Source: a bacterium
GTDB taxonomy: Bacteria > DUMJ01
NCBI GenBank assembly: GCA_049970495.1
Contig: JBMFMV010000023.1
Location: forward strand, 1-25,676
Direction of reading: 5' to 3'
DNA length: 25,676 bases
Shown: positions 19,830 to 25,676 of the stretch, one piece after another
Layout of the letters: every line of letters begins with the position of its first letter
Numbering within the stretch: the first letter of the stretch is position 1
Notes under the pieces: model-generated
What the model saw: only the letters and a program-made list of their open reading frames with translations
What the model was told of the DNA's origin: nothing
Databases searched by the model: none
Made by a program: the position numbers and the translations under genes

Positions 19830-19863
19830 TATAATAAAAGTGGTTTAAAGTGGAGGAAAGTGG
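19830..19863 (+). promoter_or_regulatory. dcw promoter -10 and MraZ-binding direct repeats
   Basis: TATAAT at 19830-19835 followed by AAAGTGG three times at exact 10-bp spacing (19837, 19847, 19857), matching the known GTGG-N6 MraZ repeat pattern. Confidence 0.85.
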
Positions 19864-19865
19864 GA

Positions 19866-20300
19866 GTGGTATTCTTAGGGGAAATAAGGCATATTCTAGA
19901 CGAAAAAGGGAGGGTTGTAATACCTTCTAGATTTAGACAAGCTTTAAAGGATGGCCTTTGCATAACAAGAGGGTTCGATAATGCTTTGTTCATTTTTTCC
20001 CTAGAGGAATGGAATAGGATAGATGAAAAGTTAAAGAGTTTACCTTTAACGAATCCTAATGTCCTTAAATTTATGAGATTTTGGTATTCTGGTGCAGTTC
20101 AAGATGAACTAGACCCGCAAGGTAGACTACTTATCCCTAAAAATCTTCGGGAGTACGCTAGGATAGAAAAAGAAGTTGTAATTATTGGTGTATCTAACAG
20201 ATTAGAGATATGGAGCGCAGAGTTATGGGATAAATATTTCGGAGATCCTAGAGAGTTCTATAAGAGTATGGGAGAGACAATAAATGCTATCGGAATATAA
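19866..20300 (+). CDS. mraZ: Division/cell wall cluster transcriptional repressor MraZ
   Basis: FLGE..H.LDEKGRVVIPSRFR and DPQGRLLIP (two DxxGR motifs), GVSNRLEIW. GTG 19866 is preferred over 19860 from SD GGAGG (19852-19856) spacing. Confidence 0.96.
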   Translation: MVFLGEIRHILDEKGRVVIPSRFRQALKDGLCITRGFDNALFIFSLEEWNRIDEKLKSLPLTNPNVLKFMRFWYSGAVQDELDPQGRLLIPKNLREYARIEKEVVIIGVSNRLEIWSAELWDKYFGDPREFYKSMGETINAIGI

Positions 20301-21165
20301 GGTCCTCCATAAACCTGTATTAGTAGAAGAAGTCGTAAAATTAATGGATGTAAAGCCAGGTGGTTTGTATCTAGATTGCACATTAGGAAGTGGAGGACAC
20401 AGTTTAGTTATTCTCAAAAAGAGTAGTCCAAGTGGGTATCTAGTAGGTATAGATAGAGACCCTATAGCTATAAGTATAGCAGAGGAAGTACTTTCTGAGT
20501 TTAAAGGGAGATATACTCTTATCCTTGGAAATTTTGCTCATCTTGCAGAACTTATATCTAAAGCTGGTTTTAATAGATTTGACGGGATTCTCTTTGACCT
20601 TGGGATATCTTCCCTCCAATTAGAGGAGGCTAAAAGAGGATTTAGCTTCTCTAAAGATGGCCCACTGGATATGAGGATGGATCTTTCTACTAAATTAACG
20701 GCTCATCAAATTGTAAATACCTTCCCAATAGATGAGTTAGAGTATATCCTTAGACACTTTGGAGAAGAACCTTACGCTCATAAAATAGCTAAGGCGATAG
20801 TAGAGTACAGAAAGAAAAAAGAAATAAGTTCAACTAAAGAATTAGCAGATCTTATCAGCTCTGTAGTTAAAAGGAGAAGCAGAATACATCCTGCTACTAG
20901 AGTTTTTATGGCTCTGAGGATATATATAAATGATGAACTAGAGAATCTAAAAAAAGCTTTATTCCAAGCAGTATCTCTATTAAATCCAAAGGGAAGGTTA
21001 TGTGTTATATCCTATCATTCTTTAGAGGACCGGATAGTAAAGAACTTTTTTAAAGAGAGTGGAGAGAAAATTATTACTCCATCTGTAATAAAGCCTAGTA
21101 GGGATGAAATACTAAATAATAAAAGGGCTAGAAGTGCTAAGCTTAGGGGGTTAGAGAAAATATGA
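20284..21165 (+). CDS. rsmH: 16S rRNA m4C1402 methyltransferase RsmH (MraW)
   Basis: Motifs HKPVL, DCTLGSGGHS, DLGISSLQL, RGFSF..DGPLDMRM, HPATRVFMALRI, ISYHSLEDRIVK and RARSAKLR. Confidence 0.97.
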   Translation: MLSEYKVLHKPVLVEEVVKLMDVKPGGLYLDCTLGSGGHSLVILKKSSPSGYLVGIDRDPIAISIAEEVLSEFKGRYTLILGNFAHLAELISKAGFNRFDGILFDLGISSLQLEEAKRGFSFSKDGPLDMRMDLSTKLTAHQIVNTFPIDELEYILRHFGEEPYAHKIAKAIVEYRKKKEISSTKELADLISSVVKRRSRIHPATRVFMALRIYINDELENLKKALFQAVSLLNPKGRLCVISYHSLEDRIVKNFFKESGEKIITPSVIKPSRDEILNNKRARSAKLRGLEKI

Positions 21166-21521
21166 GTAAGGTCTTAGTAGAAAGGAAAGTCTATGTAGAT
21201 TTACCATCAGAAAACCCAGAGATACTAACATCTACTACTCCCTATAAAGTTCAACATAGATGGATAAGATTGTTCTTAGCCTCTGTATTACTTGTTAGTA
21301 TGCTTACTATAAGTTTAATACAGGTGAGACTTTACAGTGAACTTGTACATTACCAAGGTGAGATAAGGTCTCTGGAAGAGGCGATAGATAATCTTCTGAC
21401 CGGAAATGAGAAGTTAAGATTAGAAGCTAAACAACTAATTTCCCCTACCCGTCTTAGAGAAGAAGGAAAGAGACTAGGTTTACAGCCTAGCGATAAAGTA
21501 ATTATTTTACCTACAAACTAA
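21162..21521 (+). CDS. ftsL: Cell division protein FtsL (putative)
   Basis: Position between rsmH and ftsI; single TM followed by a coiled coil ending LISPTRLREEGKRLGL. Confidence 0.75.
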   Translation: MSKVLVERKVYVDLPSENPEILTSTTPYKVQHRWIRLFLASVLLVSMLTISLIQVRLYSELVHYQGEIRSLEEAIDNLLTGNEKLRLEAKQLISPTRLREEGKRLGLQPSDKVIILPTN

Positions 21522-21522
21522 G

Positions 21523-23022
21523 TTGAGTGCAAGAAGGGTAAGAATCATAATGGGGTTCTTTATAGTGTTCTTTATTATAGAAGGGGTGGTACTCTTCTAT
21601 TGGCAAATAATTTGGGGACTATATATAAGAAATAGGTGCCCTACCAAAGAGTATAATACAGAAAGAGGAAAGATATATGACCGATATGGCAGAGTTATAG
21701 CGACGAATGAAAAATGTTACTCTGTCTTTGCTGATCCATATATGGTCAAAGACCCTATAGTTCTAGGGGATAAGATAGGAAAGCTTCTGAATAAACCACC
21801 GGAAAATTATATAAATAAGTTAAAAGAGAATTTAAGGTTTGTTTGGATAGAGAGAAAGTTAGATAGAGAAACAGCAGATAGGTTACTCTCTCTGAAAAGA
21901 GGAGTATTATTTATTGAAGAAGAATATCGGCGTCTATATTTAAATTCTGATATGAAAGAGATCTTAGGTAATGTAGATATAGATAATAACGGATTAAGCG
22001 GTATAGAATTAGCCTTAGAAGACAGATTAAAAAGAGGAGAAGACATATATTTAAGTATAGATAGCACTTTACAAACAAAGATAAGCGATTTATTGGCGGA
22101 ACAATATAATCCACTTGGTTTTAATAAAGCTATCGCTATTGTTATGTCTCCATGGACAGGAGAAATTTTAGCTTTGGTTAATTTTCCACATATTAAAAAC
22201 TTCGCAATTCAGGATATATTTGAGCCTGGGTCATCGTTCAAACCGATAGTAGCATCCATCGCCTTAGAGGAAAAATGTATTGATGAAAATGAGAAGTTTA
22301 ACTGTACCCCTCCTTTTGTTATAAAAGGGGTCTCTATAAAAGATGCTCCTCACGAAGTAAAATCTTATAATATGAATTTGAAAGAGATCCTTGAAATTTC
22401 CTCAAATATAGGGATGGCTCAGATAGGAATAAAGATAGGAATCGATATCTTCTATAGATATGTTTCTTCATTCGGACTTGGTTCCCCTACAGGAATAGAA
22501 ATAGCGGGTGAGGTATCTGGTATGCTTCCTACTAGAAAAGATATAATATCTCTCTCTCAGAATAGTTTTGGGCAAGGGATAGCTGTGAATGCTCTACAGC
22601 TAGTTTCTAGCTATGCCCCATTGGCTAATGGTGGATATATAGTAAAACCCACCATCCTTAGAACTTTTTCAGCTACCAATTTTCTGAACCAGATTATATC
22701 TTATGAGACATCTAGAAAGATTACTGATATGCTAGTAAATGTAGTAGAAAATGGGACAGGTAGAAAAGCTAAGATAGACGGAGTAAAAGTAGCAGGTAAG
22801 ACGGGAACGGCACAAAAGGTTATAGACGGACGTTATTCTATGGAAAGACATATCGTTTCTTTTGTAGGGTATTTACCTGCTTATAGTCCACGGTATATAA
22901 TTGGTGTGATATTAGATGAACCCAAGGTAAGTAAGTGGGCTTCTGACACCGCGGCACCATTGTTTAAGAAAATAGCAGAGATTTTATTGTATGAGGAACA
23001 GTTAAGGAGAAAAAATTCATGA
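21523..23022 (+). CDS. ftsI: Class B penicillin-binding protein (FtsI/PBP3)
   Basis: TTG start; N-terminal TM; RGKIYDR, GLSGIE, EPGSSFK (SxxK), SSN (SxN) and GKTGTAQ (KTG); dcw position. Confidence 0.9.
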   Translation: MSARRVRIIMGFFIVFFIIEGVVLFYWQIIWGLYIRNRCPTKEYNTERGKIYDRYGRVIATNEKCYSVFADPYMVKDPIVLGDKIGKLLNKPPENYINKLKENLRFVWIERKLDRETADRLLSLKRGVLFIEEEYRRLYLNSDMKEILGNVDIDNNGLSGIELALEDRLKRGEDIYLSIDSTLQTKISDLLAEQYNPLGFNKAIAIVMSPWTGEILALVNFPHIKNFAIQDIFEPGSSFKPIVASIALEEKCIDENEKFNCTPPFVIKGVSIKDAPHEVKSYNMNLKEILEISSNIGMAQIGIKIGIDIFYRYVSSFGLGSPTGIEIAGEVSGMLPTRKDIISLSQNSFGQGIAVNALQLVSSYAPLANGGYIVKPTILRTFSATNFLNQIISYETSRKITDMLVNVVENGTGRKAKIDGVKVAGKTGTAQKVIDGRYSMERHIVSFVGYLPAYSPRYIIGVILDEPKVSKWASDTAAPLFKKIAEILLYEEQLRRKNS

Positions 23023-24491
23023 AATTATTAGAATTACTAGAAGGGGTAGAAATAGTCAATATAAAGGATGTAGAAAGGATAAGTGAGATAGAGATAGAGG
23101 GGATAAGTAGTAATTCTAAGAATATTGAAAAAGATTATATGTTTATAGCGTTAGAAGGAGGAAGATTTGATGGACACTCTTTTATAGAAGAAGCTATCAG
23201 GAATGGGGCAGTAGTAGCGGTAGGAGAAAAAGAAATAGAAGGAGATTTACCTTATATAAGGGTCAAAAATAGTAAAGAAGCTTATTCTTATATAAGCAGT
23301 AATTTTTATAAGAATCCATTTAGGTATATAAGGACTATCGGTGTCACTGGTACTAACGGCAAGACTACCACTGTAAATCTCATAGGTAAAATATTAGAGG
23401 CTAACGGAGAGAAGATAGGTATAATAGGTACTTTAGGGGCTAGGTTAGGCGAAGAGATTCTCCCTACCCAATTTACAACCCCAGAACAGTTACTCTTGGC
23501 AGAATTATACAACAGAGCTAAGTTAATGGGGATAAATAGGATTGTTATGGAGGTTTCGTCTCATGCTTTAGTTCAACACAGGGTTGATGCAGTCCGTTTT
23601 GAAGGAGCTATATTTACAAACCTTACCCAAGATCATTTAGATTTTCATAAAGATATGGAATCGTATTATTTAGCTAAAAGGCGTCTGTTCGAAATGGTCT
23701 CAAATAGACAAGATTGCATTATGGTGATAAATACGGATGACCCATACGGCAAAAGACTAATTAAGGAGTTTGGAGCTTATCATCCTATCACTTATGGCAT
23801 AAAAGAACCTGCTACGGTAACAGCTAAAAATATAAAAACCTCCCCCGAAGGATTGTTGTTTGAACTTGTAATAGAAAATCAGAGATTTATTGTGAAATCC
23901 AAGCTTTTAGGTGAAGTAAATGTCTATAATATACTCTCCGCTATAGGTTATACGTATAGCCTAGGGGTACCTTTAAGTAATGCAATAGATGTAATTTTAA
24001 ATTTTAGCCCGGTAAGAGGAAGGTTAGAGCGAATAGATTTAGGACAACCTTTTCAAGTTCTAATAGACTATGCACATACTCCTGATGCATTAGAAAGAGT
24101 TCTTAAAGTAGCTAAGTCTCTTGGAAAGAGACTTATAGTTGTGTTTGGATGCGGAGGCGATAGGGATAAGACTAAGAGACCCATTATGGGCAATATAGCA
24201 ACTAGGGTATCAGATCTTGCTATTATCACCTCTGATAACCCACGTAGTGAAGAACCTATAAAAATTATAGAAGATATAATTAGTGGGATAGAAAGAGATA
24301 ATTACATTATAAAAGAAGACAGAAAAGAGGCTATAAACTATGCTATTGATTTGGCAGAACCAGGAGATGTAATAGTTATAGCAGGTAAGGGACACGAGAC
24401 ATATCAGATATTTAAAGATGTAATCATTCATTTTGATGATAGGGAGGTTGCTATAGAAGCTATTAGAAGGAGGATAAACAGTGAACAGTAA
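23019..24491 (+). CDS. murE: UDP-MurNAc-L-Ala-D-Glu--meso-diaminopimelate ligase
   Basis: Motifs GVTGTNGKTT, MEVSSH, TNLTQDHLDFH, DYAHTPDA, FGCGGDRD..KRP, DNPR (meso-DAP specificity) and AGKGHE. Confidence 0.97.
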   Translation: MKLLELLEGVEIVNIKDVERISEIEIEGISSNSKNIEKDYMFIALEGGRFDGHSFIEEAIRNGAVVAVGEKEIEGDLPYIRVKNSKEAYSYISSNFYKNPFRYIRTIGVTGTNGKTTTVNLIGKILEANGEKIGIIGTLGARLGEEILPTQFTTPEQLLLAELYNRAKLMGINRIVMEVSSHALVQHRVDAVRFEGAIFTNLTQDHLDFHKDMESYYLAKRRLFEMVSNRQDCIMVINTDDPYGKRLIKEFGAYHPITYGIKEPATVTAKNIKTSPEGLLFELVIENQRFIVKSKLLGEVNVYNILSAIGYTYSLGVPLSNAIDVILNFSPVRGRLERIDLGQPFQVLIDYAHTPDALERVLKVAKSLGKRLIVVFGCGGDRDKTKRPIMGNIATRVSDLAIITSDNPRSEEPIKIIEDIISGIERDNYIIKEDRKEAINYAIDLAEPGDVIVIAGKGHETYQIFKDVIIHFDDREVAIEAIRRRINSEQ

Positions 24492-25425
24492 AGCCTTATT
24501 CTTATTTTATTTTTCCCTAATACTAAGCATAATAGGATTTAGAATCTATTTTAAGTATTTTAGGTCTTTACTTCCTAAACATGTAAGGGACTATGGTCCT
24601 AAAACGCATCTAGCCAAGGAAGGAACTCCAACTATGGGTGGCATAGTCATATTTTTTAGTGTCTTGATAGCAACATTACTCTTGTATCCTATAAGGGAAA
24701 TAATAATGCTTCTAGGCTTAATAGGTAGTTATGCAGTCATAGGTGGGATAGATGATTATACTGGAATAAAGAAAAGATCAGCTCAGCCTTTAAAGGGTAG
24801 GTATAAATTTATTGCAGAGTGCATTATAGCTATTCTTTGGCTTTGGATAGTCAGAAGATATAATATCTTTGAGATAAAGGCAAATTTCCTAGTCCTTTCT
24901 CCTACCAATACATTCTGGCTTTATGTGTTAGAGACGATATTTATAGTAGGTATAGCTAATGGGGTTAACTTTACAGATGGAGTAGACGGGCTGGCTGGTA
25001 GTATTATTGCTATCTTATTACTCTTTATCATCTTACTCTTTAAAGAGCTTAATATAATAGCTCTCCCTATAGCTCTACTTGGTAGTTTAACTGTATTTCT
25101 TTTCTATAATGCTTATCCTGCTAGGCTTATTATGGGAGATATCGGCTCTCTATCTCTTGGAGCTAGTATAGCTGGGCTTGGAATAGCTATAGGTAAAGAA
25201 TGGCTTATAATTATTTTAGGCATTATATTTATCTTAGAAAATTTCTCTGTTATAATTCAGGTCTCATATTTTAAATTGACTGGTAAAAGGATATTTAAGA
25301 TGAGTCCTCTACATCATCATTTTGAACTTTCTGGATGGAGTGAGCCACAAGTTGTTACAAGATTTTCTCTATTAACTCTATTAGCAGGCATCCTGGGGGT
25401 ATTTATAAATGGATTTAAACGGTAA
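24481..25425 (+). CDS. mraY: Phospho-N-acetylmuramoyl-pentapeptide transferase
   Basis: GTG start with SD AGGAGG at 24468-24473; motifs KEGTPTMGG, GGIDDY, NFTDGVDGLA, MGDIGS and KMSPLHHHFEL. Confidence 0.96.
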   Translation: MNSKALFLFYFSLILSIIGFRIYFKYFRSLLPKHVRDYGPKTHLAKEGTPTMGGIVIFFSVLIATLLLYPIREIIMLLGLIGSYAVIGGIDDYTGIKKRSAQPLKGRYKFIAECIIAILWLWIVRRYNIFEIKANFLVLSPTNTFWLYVLETIFIVGIANGVNFTDGVDGLAGSIIAILLLFIILLFKELNIIALPIALLGSLTVFLFYNAYPARLIMGDIGSLSLGASIAGLGIAIGKEWLIIILGIIFILENFSVIIQVSYFKLTGKRIFKMSPLHHHFELSGWSEPQVVTRFSLLTLLAGILGVFINGFKR

Positions 25426-25676
25426 GAGAGTAACAGTAATAGGATATGGGAAAACAGGAGAAGCATGTGTTAGGGTACTGCTAAAGTTGGGTGCAAGGGT
25501 AAAACTCTCAGACAAGAAGAAAGATCTAGCCGTTCCTAATGGGGTAGATGTAGAATTAGGTAGACATACAGAGGAATTTATCCTAGATTCTGACCTTATA
25601 GTCTTGAGTCCTGGCGTAAGATGGGATGAGCCAATATTGAAAAAAGCCAGAGAAAAGGGGATAGAGGTTATAAGTG
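25409..25676 (+). CDS. murD: UDP-MurNAc-L-Ala--D-glutamate ligase (5' part; runs off window; absent from ORF track)
   Basis: ATG 25409 overlapping mraY reads MDLNGKRVTVIGYGKTG...DLIVLSPGV...AREKGIEVIS; follows mraY. Confidence 0.92.
   Translation, partial: MDLNGKRVTVIGYGKTGEACVRVLLKLGARVKLSDKKKDLAVPNGVDVELGRHTEEFILDSDLIVLSPGVRWDEPILKKAREKGIEVIS

Noticed and set aside
19837..19863. AAAGTGG repeats as a CRISPR or VNTR
   Set aside because: 7-bp units at 10-bp pitch directly before mraZ match MraZ operator boxes; no spacers or cas genes.
20223..24431. Short minus-strand ORFs inside the dcw cluster (20223, 21807, 21911, 23306, 24210)
   Set aside because: Antisense to conserved essential genes; no supporting evidence.
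1..25676. tRNA/rRNA, IS elements, prophage or defence systems
   Set aside because: Intergenic gaps are short and AT-rich with no GC-rich structured RNA, and no transposase, integrase, nuclease or terminal repeats were recognised.

Overview
AT-rich, gene-dense bacterial chromosomal segment. The E/K/I-rich proteins and gene content are suggestive of a thermophilic anaerobe such as Dictyoglomota, but this is inference only. Left: a minus-strand HGSNAT/NagX-like membrane acyltransferase and a LacI-family regulator that runs off the window. Middle: a tightly packed plus-strand run of about 15.7 kb containing archaeal-type phosphoglycerate mutase apgM, a SEC-C protein, DUF1015, a 1215-aa secreted TPR/DUF3857/transglutaminase protein, secA, prfB (programmed +1 frameshift), mltG and a secreted GH105/88 hydrolase. 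The run ends in a damaged glycosylation module: a frameshifted GT2, a truncated hypothetical gene, and a 5'-truncated GT-C membrane protein fused to a degenerate NodB domain. Right: minus-strand mrp/apbC-hslO, divergent from the dcw cluster (MraZ boxes, mraZ-rsmH-ftsL-ftsI-murE-mraY-murD, with no murF between murE and mraY). No RNA genes, CRISPR arrays or mobile elements were seen. All calls are by motif recognition, with no database searches run.
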